This document shows positions 16,901-29,200 of a stretch of DNA of 64,000 nucleotides, one piece after another. The DNA lies in contig NC_134028.1 of NCBI RefSeq assembly GCF_964204645.1, positions 8,804,001-8,868,000 on the forward strand, read 5' to 3'. Numbering within the stretch: position 1 is the stretch's first letter; every line of letters starts with the position of its first letter. The notes beneath the pieces are model-generated. The model saw only the letters and a program-made list of their open reading frames with translations. It was not told the origin of the DNA and did no database searches. The stretch is from Tubulanus polymorphus. Taxonomy: Eukaryota > Animalia > Nemertea. The position numbers and the translations under genes were made by a program.

Positions 16901-18872
16901 AACGGAGAAAATTCCGTTTTGGCGCCCCCGCCAAAACAACGAAAAACGTCGAAATTTCTTTAAAAGTTCGTTTTGGCGCGCCAAAACGGAGAAAATTCCG
17001 TTTTGGCGCCCCCGCCAAAACAACTAAAAACGTCGAAGTTTCTCTGAAAGTTCGTTTTGGCGCGCCAAAACAAAGAAAAGTTCGTTTTGGCGCGGTTATT
17101 TCCGTTTTGGCGCCCCCGCCAAAACAAGCATTCAACCACAGTAAAATTATTTTTCAATTTGGCGCGTTGATCTTGTGTGTAATTTGCATAAATTTGCATA
17201 TATGAAAATATTTTACGTATATAGAATTATTTTATGTGGTTTAAAGTTCGTTTTGGCGGGGGCGCCAAAACGGAATTTTCTCCGTTTTGGCGCACCAAAA
17301 CGAACTTTTAGAGAAATTTCGACGTTTTTCGTTGTTTTGGTGGGGCGCCAAAACGAAAGTTCGTTTTGGCGGGGGCGCCAAAATGAAAGTTCGTTTTGGC
17401 GGGGGCGCCAAAACGGAATTTTCTTTGTTTTGGTGCGCCAAAACGAACGTTCTGGCGCCCTCATTTACATACCAGGAATTTTACGCTATGGCCCTTATCA
17501 GCCACCATAGTTATGCTTTGCATACAAATTTTCTAGTTATTTTTCGACAATGCAGCCACTTATATTCAACAGCATTTCAGTTGGAATTTTACAATTCCAC
17601 CACCAAAATCCAAAATCATTTCATTGCTGTGCGATTTCATTGTCTTGTAATTTTACTGGAATAGACCCGATGAGCATTTGTCAATATTGTCAATCTTCCG
17701 AAACTACGGAGCACTGGAATGCCAAGTCTGTGGTACAGTCGAGGTTTTAGATAAATATATAGTGTTCATAATGCGAAGGCCAGTACGTCCGACTTCTCTT
17801 TTTTTGTAAGATACCGCAGCAGTCGACTTGAATGCGACACTAGAAATCAACAATGAAAGTCGATTGATTCGATCGATTGGTAAAATCTATATTAAGTACA
17901 TGTTTATTTCAGGCACAGAATAATAGAAATCGTCCGCCAATCCGCGATTGGGATACTACCTATCATCAGAGACTCACTCATATAAAATTAGGATGTGAGA
18001 AACTTACCAATAAATCGACAGGTATGAAAATACACATACGTCGGATGGGACATGTTTGTGGTCTGGGGCTCTCAGCTATCGTGTCATGAGGTCTCGGGTG
18101 TTAAATTTCGAAACAAATCTCGCTATCTTTTCTAGGTCCATACATGTACACGTACAAGAGATTTACGGTCGATGACGTACACAAGATCCTTTATTGCGAA
18201 ATTCCCAAAGTGGGTACGTCGATATGGAGATACACGTTACTACACACGACCGGAAAACTTCGCACGACAAACCTATCCCTCATAAATGACCTTGGCACGA
18301 AACTAAGTATCTACGTCAAATCATTGGGATTAATCAGGTCACTATCGAGTTATTCTCAAACAGAAAAAACCGAGCGTTTAAAAACCTACTTCAAATTTCT
18401 GTTCGTACGACATCCTTTTGAGAGACTGTTATCTGCGTATTTGGATAAAATTGTGCGTAAATACGATAAAGGATACGCAAAACTTGAGCCAATGATTATT
18501 CGGTCAGTCCGAAATCATTTCAAACCTGGAGACAGAGCAACCTTTAAAGAATTCGCTGAGTTCATCCTTCTTCATAGTTATAATGATATACATTGGGCAC
18601 CATATGAAAAGCTTTGTCGTCCATGCGATATTGATTACAGTTTCATCGGGAAATACGGAGATACGATCGAAAATGATTTCAAACTTGTTCAAAATCGTTT
18701 CCACCTGGAACCGGAACTGGCAAAAACGGCCACACTCCCTCACACATATTCCTCGGAAAAGTTAAACAAATATTACAAAGACCTTCCTCAAAAATTGATC
18801 GACGATTTGTATGAAGAATACAAAGCCGATTTCATATTGTTTGATTACGATGTAAATTTCTTGCAGAAATAG
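10972..18872 (+). CDS. Carbohydrate sulfotransferase (CHST11/HNK-1 ST family, Sulfotransfer_2), copy 1, about 314 aa
   Basis: Exons 10972-11070 (type II signal anchor MLRKVWLFAVPVVGIIVII), 17913-18021 and 18136-18872 are phase-compatible. 5'-PSB IPKVGTS, 3'-PB RHPFERLLSAY, HW..Y..LC.PC and C-terminal Y..DF.LF.Y are present. Confidence 0.9.
11325..11545. repeat. Minisatellite (about 77-bp composite unit, CCAATGTGTTTGGA core)
   Basis: About 3 tandem units at the start of a roughly 1.3-kb segment that is absent from the paralogous intron at about 55070. Confidence 0.85.
13400..13941 (-). mobile_element. RTE-clade LINE 3' fragment
   Basis: RRILHIRWQDKIPNTDVL...RWAGHIVRMPDSRIPKQLLFGEL..GKR..GQKKRYKD is typical of an RTE C-terminus. 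Confidence 0.85.
14145..14425 (-). mobile_element. Second Penelope-like GIY-YIG C-terminal fragment
   Basis: IYIGETGQTLRQRLNGH...PIGEHFN...EQKL...GLNRD.GFMSHY. Confidence 0.85.
15370..16000 (+). mobile_element. Decayed non-LTR retrotransposon 3' end
   Basis: RLRDNFIQSW...KCYYYK, later FCEHC..EIEDEYH...CP in a shifted frame, and an AATAA-rich tail. Confidence 0.7.
16691..17509. mobile_element. Non-autonomous foldback MITE, IS3EU-like
   Basis: TIRs TATGGTGGCTGATAAGGGCCATAGCG... / ...CCACCATA (about 50 bp). 6-bp direct repeat GTTATG at 16685-16690 and 17510-17515. Many subterminal CGTTTTGGCG/CGCCAAAAC repeats. Confidence 0.85.
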
Positions 18873-19780
18873 TATTCTATTTTGAATAAAGTTATCGTGA
18901 TCGGGAACAATGGGGTTCAATCTGCGTCATTTGATCAAAATCTCTGGCCGTAAGAGCACCCCCATCCCCCCACAAGTGCTTCGCGCCTTGGGCGTTCGCA
19001 TAGTGAAATACCTCCTCACTGGCAGAAGTGGCCGGACCAATGTGTTTCTCCTTCCGCCGGTCCTCATTCAGATCAACTGAAATATAGGGGATTGTAGTCC
19101 CTGCGCTTGCATAAGTGAGTGATGCGGTCAGAGTTTAAAAATTTAAGAATTGCGACCTATTTTACTATTACTATTGGTAGGTCTATTGGTACTGCCAACC
19201 AGTACTACTGGTCGACAATGTCGACATCGACATTCGTCCCGAATTACTGTCGACCAGTGCTATTGGTCGACAATGTTGACGTTAATATTCGTTCCGCATT
19301 TCACTAAATACGAGACGATTTACACAATATAAGTGACGAGTACAGATCTGATTCCAGTTCAGACAGTGAGAGTGGTATATCTAATTCCTGAATGTCGTCC
19401 TGTGGACAAAAAATTGATTGTGGATAAAAAATACATCATGTCACATAAGGCTTTTTGTCCTATAGGGCCTACTGTGAACATTATTTACTGTTAACATCGA
19501 CCATATGGGACCAAGATAAATTAATTCGTTAGCAATCAAGAAATTACTGGAATAATTTGTTTACGCTTGATTTATCCTCCATATCCATTAAAATGGTTTC
19601 TGGTGGGACAGTTCCGGTGCACTCATTGGCCTTTTGAAAATAAGCCTAAAAGAGATTCAAAAATTATTCTTTGGTTTTATTATCATTCATTCAACCTTTA
19701 AGAATAACGGAATAGAGAGCGCACTGCTCTCAAACAAAAAAAGATGTTGAAATTTGAAACAAATCTATGTCTATTATAGC

Positions 19781-20490
19781 CTAAACTACGGCTAAATCGC
19801 GAAGTATTACTGCAAATATGTTAGCGTTGCAGCCATTTCCAAATCTGTATCGATAAGCGAACTCATCTAATATCTTGGGAATCCTTTCATGTCTCACTCC
19901 CTTCATTATTTTGATTCTTCCTTTTATTTGTCCCCACATTCCTTCAACTGAGTTAGTATGTGTCCCATCTGGTGCTTTGAACCCTATTGAATGGTTTACA
20001 GTGCTATGCTGGTAGCCTTCTTGTTCCAAACAGTGATAGGAACTCCACATGTCCGACAATATACTTGCCATTTGGATTTGGAACAAAACATCCTTAATTA
20101 TTGGTAACAGAGTTTGTTTTTGGCGATCTAAGACAACTTCCAGATGAACGTTATATGTTCCTCTCTCTACTAAACCAAAAATCCATACATCTTTTTTTCC
20201 AGTTCCTCTGTGGTATTTTCTCTTCTTACCAAAAAGAGATTCGTCGATTCCAACTTGCAGTGTGTCAATGCTATAATCGGACATTACGACAGGGTTTTTC
20301 TTTATTTGACTGGTACAGACGTCCCTCATTTTATCAAACCATTCAATTATAGTGCGCTGCGAAACGTTGATCATTCGTTCCAGTTGATAAATTTGAATAT
20401 CGATTGAAAATCCCCATAATGATGCCAACGATTGATGTCAGCGACAGTTTAGATCCCTGGAAGAAGATGAAATATTATAGAATCCTTAGA
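19781..20490 (-). mobile_element. Merlin (IS1595/ISXO2-like) DDE transposase, 5'-disrupted
   Basis: IDESLFGKKRKYHRG, WIFG, LLPII, SDMWSSY, H.TVNHS..F..PDGTHTN.VEGMW, DEF.YR. Frameshift near 20415, with FFQGSKLSL upstream in another frame. Confidence 0.9.
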
Positions 20491-20502
20491 CAGGCCAGGT
20501 CA

Positions 20503-20752
20503 CAACCCCACGATCCCAGGCACTTTATATTAGGTGAATCGACACACGGCCCCACGATCCCAGCCACTTTATATAAGATGAATCTACACACGGCCCCATG
20601 ATCCCCAGCCACTTTATATTTGGTGAATCTACACACGGCCCCTCGATCCCAGCCACTTTGTATAATGTGAATCTACACACGGCCCCGTGATCCCCAGCCA
20701 CTTTATATTAGGTGATTCTACACACGGCCCTACGATCCCAGCCACTTTATAT
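20503..20752. repeat. About 42-bp minisatellite
   Basis: About 6 copies of CACACGGCCC..GATCCCAGCCACTTTATATTAGGTGAATCTA. Confidence 0.95.
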
Positions 20753-21347
20753 TATGGTTATTATTCGTAATAATTCCTACAACAGCTGCTTTCGTTCCCT
20801 ATGTGTCCATTGATTACTCCTCTTCATACAGTTGCCTGTGTAACAGCTATTTGATCTACTATACGTCAAAAACTATCCATCACGCGCACGCCTGTCTTTC
20901 TGTTCTTCTGAGAAGAGCAGTTTTTTAAATGGTTCGTAAAATCTGTTGCATTGACACGTCTATTCTCCGGTGGCTGATTGGTAGCATCGATTTATCGATC
21001 GCACTTTCGGTTCGATAGTTGACCAGAAATATTATATATTCTCGAGTAAGAAATATCGACGGATTCTTTTTTTCAAACGAAATTTGTTTATCGAGTAAGA
21101 ATATGAAACACTCAACCGAAAAATCGATAAAGACGTAGAACTCTTCAATCTGTGCCAAACAACATAATATTTTATTTCATTAAGATATTCTTTTATTAAA
21201 CTTTCGTACTTTTTTCTGTGAGCAGACCCGACACGGCCAAGGATAATGTAATGGTATATGTATAATAATATATAGCTTCTATGGGAAACTCCAATCATGC
21301 AGCATCTTGTGTATGATTTGATGTATTTTTTATCGAAGTATTGATTG

Positions 21348-21626
21348 CAGGGCCGTCGGAACAGGGGCGGCAGGGGCGGCTAAAGCCGCCCCACTTTTTT
21401 GCATAACAAAAAATTTTTTCAAAAGCACGCTGTACCGCGTAGCAGCTCGTCGTTCTTTGCACTAGGTGGTTGGCTCACGACTTCTCATGCTTCTGTGAAT
21501 GAGGCCGTAAAATGGCCTCAAAACGCATCTCCGGGGATTGAATTTTCAAAATTTTCTAGGGGAGGGTCCCCAGACCACCCTTCAGAAATAAGCCTCGCCA
21601 CTGAAAAATTCCTTCCGACGGTTCTG
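21348..21626. mobile_element. Small MITE-like element
   Basis: Imperfect TIRs CAGGGCCGTCGGAA / TTCCGACGGTTCTG. No clear TSD. Confidence 0.55.
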
Positions 21627-21629
21627 TTG

Positions 21630-21766
21630 TCACAGTGTCAGAGGTGTCAGGGGTATCGGGCATCAGAGGATCTGGTATCGACGGTGGTCAGAGGTGTCAC
21701 GGTGTCAGAGGTGTCAGTGGTATCGGGCATATGAGGATCTGGTATCGACGGTGGTCAGAGGTGTCA
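21630..21766. repeat. Short tandem repeat family (TGTCAGAGG/GGTATCG units); inverted copy at 42680-42782
   Basis: Near-identical reverse-complement match between the two loci. Confidence 0.85.
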
Positions 21767-22600
21767 TGTAGACCCTAAACCCTGAACCGTAACCCCGCGA
21801 TTCAAAAAGCCGATAGAGGCATTACTATTTCAGGCACACACTTCACCTTGGGGTCCTGCCGCTATGCTTATCGACAGCGCCGGATTTTCTCATGCACTAT
21901 TACGTAAGATGGACAGACCCCAGTTATCATGCTGCCTCACTACTTTCTTAAACCACTATGAACGACTATAGTGACATTCTTTCACATTCTATAATGCAAG
22001 ATCTTGATGATGTATTATGGTTTTGAAATGAAAAACTGAAATCGGTTATCAACCTGTCAGAATCTGTCGGTGTTAGTGCGTGAAAAAACCGCTAACGATG
22101 ACCATGGCGGCAGCACCATACGGTACACTGGGCAGTGCGTTTCATCTGAAATCCTAATCGACTCCCTAACACCAACACAAACGGAGAACGGGTTCTGTCC
22201 AGACTCACTGAGGAGACAAAAAATCCAAAATAATCTATTTCTATTATGCTATGTTTTTATTCGGTCAATTTAAACTTTACAGCGAAATATGAAAATATTA
22301 AAAGCACAATTTCAAAGTAATTTACCACTCTATCGTCAATACAGTCCACTTAAAATTTACCTCATTCATAGATATCACACGTATTGTTAACATGCGTCAT
22401 ATTGAACATCAATTCACCGTCAAACGTGACGTTTTTACTTTACAGAAAGTCGCTCCAATTCTTCGTTCGCAAGTCGCAAATGTTACTAGAATTCAGTTAA
22501 AACAATAATCAATCCATTCCCTCGATTGGCAACTCGGTGAGATATAGACATCAGTCTTAGCGCTACAGGGTTCACTGATTGTTAACTCGCTGAAATATTC

Positions 22601-23100
22601 ACAGCATGCTCAACGCTACCGAGTTCCCTGATTGTATCGGTGAAATATCTACAGCATGCTCAACGCTACCGAGTTCCCTGATTGTATCGGTGAAATATTT
22701 ACAGGATGCTCAACGCTACCGAGTTCCCTGATTGTCTCGGTGAAATATTCACAGCATGCTCAACGCTACCGTGTTCCCTGATTGTATCGGTGAAATATTC
22801 ACAGCTTGCTCAACGCTACCGAGTTCCCTGATTGTCGCGGTGAAATACTCACAGCATGCTCAACGCTACCGTGTTCCCTGGTGGTCTCGGTGAAATATTT
22901 ACAGCATGCTCAACGCTACCGTGTTCCCTGATTGTCTCGGTGAAATATTCACAGCATGCTCAACGCTTCTGAGTTTCCTGATTGTCTCGGTGAAATATTT
23001 ACAGCATGCTCAATGCTACTGTGTTCCCTGATTGTCTCGGTGAAAAACTCACAGCATGCTCAACGCTACCGAGTTCCCTGATTATCTCGGTGAAATATGT
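22601..23100. repeat. 50-bp minisatellite, 10 copies
   Basis: Unit ACAGCATGCTCAACGCTACCGAGTTCCCTGATTGTCTCGGTGAAATATTC. Confidence 0.98.
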
Positions 23101-23247
23101 ATAGCAGTCATAGCACTACTGAATTGCCTGAATCTCAACTTGTTGAAATAATTACCGCCCCGTGGTACCGAATGCAGTGAACGTACACTTTGCTGGGGGT
23201 TCATTCTTCATACGTGTCTAACTCGAATAGATTTATCCCGTTGAGTT

Positions 23248-26200
23248 TTACATAATGGTGGTCACCGGGCTCCTTCTGACGACATTATCCGGATGTGGAT
23301 TTACTTCGTTCGGTTTGTTTCTGTTTCGCGCAAATGAATTGATCATTTGATTCCCGACGAAAAATAAAACCTCAACAAGCGCCAGTAAAGACGCACCGAG
23401 ATATAATCCGGCGGTTCCACCAATATCACCTGTTCAATACAATCATGGCATTAGTTACGAAAGTGTTAACTGTTTCCAATCGATTTGATGATCTGTTTGC
23501 TGTTGTATGATCGTTTGTTAAGCCTTCTTGTCAAAAATGAAGAAAAACCATATATACTCAATTATGATATAGAAAATCAAAAACTCTCAGAAAAGAAAAA
23601 AAATGAAAGTCCGAAAAAGTTTCCTTTAGCTAATGATCTACTTTCGAAGTTTTGACTGCATCATCAGGAATATGGAATTCTTTCTAATCTCAAAATGATT
23701 GATATAGTCAAAACGCGGAAAATGTATCGTTTACTAAACGAACCCAACTCGTTTTTCTTTTCTGAATTTTGGATTCTCTATATTCGGGACATATCGATGG
23801 TTATTGTTCAACAATGGAAGGAAAAATTTTCTAATTTGTTGTTACTTACAAACTAATGAAAACCAAGAGTACGCTTCCGATTTCGACAATTTCTGAATTT
23901 CCATCGTTCGAAAGAAAACGTTTACATAAACAAAGTTATTTCTGAAAATTGAGATGAGAAAAACAGATCATATAGAGTACGTGTGCTCTTTTGACCCAAA
24001 AGAGGCTCGAACTGAAACCCCTTAGACAGCTGTCTGGTCCTCAATTCCCCCTCAGACAATCCGCTATATGCGCCAAACCCCTTAGCAAATCCGCTGCCTG
24101 TATTCCAAAACATCCTGCACCCTCGCAGACAATCTGCTGTGTGTATCCCCTGCACCCTCTCAGACAACCTGCTGCCTGTACCCTGCACCCTCTTAGACAA
24201 TCTGCTGTCTGTATACCCTGCACCCCCTCAGACAACCTGCTGTCTGTATACCCTGCACCCTCTCAGACAAACTGCTGTCTGTACCCTGCACCCTCTCAGA
24301 CAACCTGCTGTCAATACCCTGTATCCTCTCAGACGACCTGCTGTCTGTACCCTGTATCCTCTCAGACAAACTGCTGTCTGTATACCCTGCACCCCCTCAG
24401 ACGACCTGCTGTCTGTACCCTGTATCCTCTCAGACGACCTGCTGTATGTACCTGTTGTTTGCGATGCAAGAAGATTCATAGATTGAAAAACTTGATTCGT
24501 GTTTTAGTTGCTTTTTGAAAATACCACCGGCTCTCACTTACCGAATGAAGGTTTCATCGATTTGTATCGATTCATTAAATTTTCTCATGTGTTCAACAAG
24601 TTTGATTTTTGATTCAGTTGTTTTCCTGTGCGCTGACTTCAGAGTGCGAGCCTTCGTGCTGATAAATTCAGTTTGCTCTTCGGCGTTGCTGACAAAGCTT
24701 CCTATTGTCGGTAAGATTCGAGTTGCTATTTCACTCGTTGATGGAAATGTTGAAACCCCAACGACTTTCATATCCAAGTACTCATTAGCCGATTGAAAAG
24801 CCCTGCTCAAAAGAAAATTCTGAAAATTTGGGCATCAGATGTACATTTTGATATTTCTCTTAAAATATAAAAATCAGTGAAAACAATACCAAAAACATTG
24901 GGGAAAGTAAATCTATTGCTAGTCGATGATTCGTTTAATGAACAACTGGATTCTGGAGCCTAAAATCAAGTTGATCGACTACGTGAAAACTTCGAATGAA
25001 CGGGGTTCGATCCGGTAATCTGTCGGCCTCGGACGTCACGCGTGGCTCCCCACTGATTTTGCTCCGATTACATCCAAGAATATATCGGAATAAAGCATTA
25101 TATATTAGAGTGAAATAGTTTTTTGATATAACTCCGAGATATCATCTTGGAATTAATACGGAAACTTTTCCTTTAAACTTTTTCTTTACTCTTACAAGTT
25201 TCATTTCATTCGGATAACTTGATTCGGAAATTTTGACTTTTATTCGATGTTGGATATTTCATTCCGAGATACCATCTGGGAGTAAATCTAGTTAAAAAAC
25301 ACGTTTTATCTAATCAGAATTAATTCTGAAGATATTTTCATTTCATGTCCCCAGGACACTTCCGTAACTTTTAGATTTTTAACCTATGATTAACATCTTT
25401 TATTATGGCAGCTGCCAGGGCCACCATTGCCGAAAGCCGACAGAGTATTACGGAAAGAAATTAAATCAAATCAGTTCACACTTGGATACGTTACTTTTTA
25501 AGTTCTTGATAGGTCGATGTGATTGATGGAATCTCATACGTTAAAAAATCGTCCAATATCCATAGCAAGCCTTCGATGAGATAAATCTCCTCACACGCTT
25601 CTAGAACGTCCGTCATTCTCCCGATGACTTCACCGTTGTTGGTTACATTTTGAAAACGTCGAGAGAAGTTTTTGTCCGCCTCGTTCATGATTATTTTCAG
25701 ATCGATATCTGTCGACGGATCTGGCTGAATGTAGTCAAGAGCATTCATTAATCTAGTGTACGCGAAGTCTATAGCTAATTGATGAGTGTTAGTTTTAGCC
25801 ACCGTGTCTTGTACAGCGGTTAGAATATACTCGAGTCTATCGGAAAGTGTCAAAGCGGTATCGCCGATATCGCTAGCGTAGTTCGTGTAGTTTTGAATCG
25901 AATTTTCAAACTCTGCCCATTCGGACGCAGTCGGCGATTGGGTTTCGAAAGCCCAGATTTGTTTAGCAGTTCCGTTCGAAACCGCAATCAAAGCGTTCGT
26001 TCCATCCGCAAGTTGGTCTATAGTTTCTTTAATCTTTCCCAGCTCGTCGGCTAGTAATACAGCAGGAAAACGCCTCAAGGGATCCGCGTCTTTTGGTTTT
26101 TCGCTCTCTTCTTTCAGACTCAGATAGACGTCATGAAATTCATTATAGACTCGAAATTGAACGTCGGAAATTCGATCGAAAATATCGAATACTTTTTCGG

Positions 26201-29200
26201 AGCTTTCAAGATATTCATCTTTCGTTCCTATCTGTGATAACAGATAGTCTTCCATTATACCTAACAGCGGTGGAACCTCTAACTTCAACGCTTGTCTGAA
26301 CTCGGCTAACGGAGTTAAAATCATCGGTTCCACTCGATCAACCGCCGATACTTTTATATAGTTTTTCTTTGTTTTTTCCAGTTCTTCCACGATAATCCAT
26401 AATGCGTTGTACATATTCGTCGACGCAGCGCTGACCGTATCGGTTTCGACTTTCAGAAACGTCACCAAATCATCTATTTGCGATTTGATGTCGACCAAAT
26501 CGTCGTTGAATTTCGAGATTATCTCGAGGTCTTTGGTTTTTATTTTCGAGTCGACCCGATGTAAAGCGTCGATTGAAGTCTGATAGTCGGAGACCAGAGT
26601 TTCTTCTTTGCTGTATTTGGCCGATATTGTTTTAGCCATATAGGACGATAGCGACGAATAACTAATTTGCGAATCGTACGAGATTTTCTCGCAAGGAATT
26701 GAACATTCCGAATTACAAATTGATGATGAATTCCGTGTTACTTCGGCTGAAATATAAATTAAGAATATCTAATTAAACTTACTCTGAAAAACTTAGCATT
26801 CAATAAAACGCGTTCTGTTTTACTGTAACTACATACAATATGCAAATGTTATAGTTAATTTGTACGAAGTAATGTGTACACATTTTTTGTAAATGATATA
26901 ATCAGGAGCCGGGTCAGTTGCTCAAAAGATGCTTAAAAGATAACCGGCTGATAAATACCATATAGTAACAAGGAACTTTTAATTTTCACTATGTCAACTA
27001 TCCGCTGGTTAACCAACTTTTGAACAACTGAACTGGCGCCTGTTAAACATAGCAATAATAGCGATTTAGTGATTCAGAGAGGTATTCGTTATGGAAATTC
27101 AAAAGCAGATTTGTGTAGTTTAACCAGATAGAAAGAATATTGAGTTTAAGTAAATATTCATAAACGCTTGAATGATTAAAACGTACACATTTCTGGTTGC
27201 ATACAATCGCGGTGTTTTTTCATGCTGCAGTATGGCATTCCATCGAATTGATTTAGTTCTGCGTAATAAGGCAAACACCGACAAACATCGGCAGCTATTC
27301 TAATGTGACATTGTCTCAAACACGTTTCTAACGGAGCGACGCCATGTTTACAGGTACCGTGCGGATAAGGCAGTTCAGTCGTCTGAAAAATCAATCAATT
27401 GCTCACGCATATTCCAATACACTTTTTCACATTTTAATCCACCAAATTTTCTCCTATTTCAGGGGTCTGTTGAACAGTCATGGCGTAAGTTTAGGACATT
27501 AGTTTTATATGGGCAATCTAACAACTAAAGACCGGTTTCGAGATTTGGAGACCACTGTTGGGTATAAGTCACGACTGTACAACTGGTCCCGAATGTATAG
27601 ACAACATCCCGAAACGAATCACCAAAAATTCGACAATTTAATTTCAATCGCTTTTAACAAATAATTTTTCAGTGTCAATGTCCAGTTTTCCCCTACCTGT
27701 AGCGTATTGATACCAACAATGGCCGTCATTTTTGCGGGTACAAAAAGTCCCAGATTTTTTACTCGAGGAACTTCGTTCTTATCGTGAACGAGAACCCGTA
27801 ATCCCGATGCCTTGTGTTCACCTCTCATTGTCTGATAAGTTTCCTGATTTATCAATAGACTCAATCCGAATGCGATACCTAATGAATATTCATATAGCTT
27901 CATTAGCATACATCAGTGTGATAAGTGTTTTTCATTTTGCTTATTTGCTTTATTTGCTATTCTGACTGACTTCTGACATAAAGTAACGTACGAAAAACTT
28001 GCAATACACCATGATCATGAACTTTCCTAATTATTTGGCCTTGAAAATAATCCAAACGATTTGTGTAGAATAACGAAATTTCCAGTTTCTATGCGCTATT
28101 TGGAATTCAATCTAAACTTATGTTTCAAAAAATGGCGCCTATAGAAACTTGAAACTTCTTTATTCCGATACAGCTTTACAGCTCTATATTACATTCTATT
28201 GGGCTTAACTATTTCATTGTCTACATGTACTGCCCTTTCGTGTTTGACATGCGTTTGACAGGCGTCTTAATGATTCTTAGTTTCTCTAAAACCTACCCGT
28301 TCCTTGTGAGGAAACCTGTCGCGATGGGTCGACGTTGAAACTATAACACAAGCCGTAATCGGTAAATATCGCAGTGAAATTATTCGTACTCAATTCTTGG
28401 GATTGAAACGACGCTTCTTTGATTGAATCTTTCATTCTGTGGCTCATGTTTAACATCAAATCGTGTAAATCAATTTGTACGACAGAAGCTGATGAAGAGT
28501 TCTGTTCTTTGTCGCTGTAAAATCCCGATATCTGCTCATAAATCCCGGCCGCTTCTGCATCAGACAACCTTTAAACGAAGACAGTTTCTTACAAAATCGA
28601 TGAGAAAAACTAGTCTATTTTCATTTACAATGTTATCATCGAATCAACTTGTAAAAAATAAATATTTTGAATAAATGTATCGTTTTGAACGATTCAATTC
28701 AATGATCCACATTTGTTCAGAGGATGATTTCGAGTACTGGTATTGTTATAAATTATAAACTATTTCTTGTTCGCTCATTGTGAGTGTACAGTTTGCCAGT
28801 ATTAGTTTACGAATTCGATATTTGTAATTGAAAGCAAGACGATACCTGAAAGTGTTTGTATTACAGATAGTGACAGCGGGGAATGAGATTTCCCCGGTTT
28901 CTGGTTTTCCCACTGATATAACGGAAGTTACAGGCCACGAAAGATAAAACTTGGTGCGATCATATATCTGATAACATAGTACTGCGGTCATCCCCAAAAA
29001 TAGTATCAACCAAATCAACCTGAAATGGATTACAATACTTTATAAAGTCATACAAACAAAAAGCCACCGTTCTTAGGTTCAAGGGTAGATTTTAAAATTT
29101 TGATAATCAGTTGTTCAAATGTTGTGTGTGTTCAAATTAGTTTTTTTAGACATGAATTATGCACTGTACAAAAATTATGTATCAATGCCATCATCAACAC

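Noticed and set aside
16686-17664. Overlapping repetitive ORFs (FGAPK repeats) on both strands
   Set aside because: Artefact of MITE subterminal repeats.
22601-23100. CRISPR-like regular array (also 20503-20752 and 24020-24450)
   Set aside because: Head-to-tail units with no unique spacers, no cas genes, and a eukaryotic context; these are minisatellites.
23922-24518. Cys/Pro-rich ORFs resembling keratin-associated or metallothionein proteins
   Set aside because: Translation of an intronic minisatellite.
25491-26639. 382-aa ORF as a stand-alone gene or toxin
   Set aside because: Its frame continues upstream into the channel thumb cysteines from an acceptor at 26746, and it ends at a GT donor; it is a channel exon.
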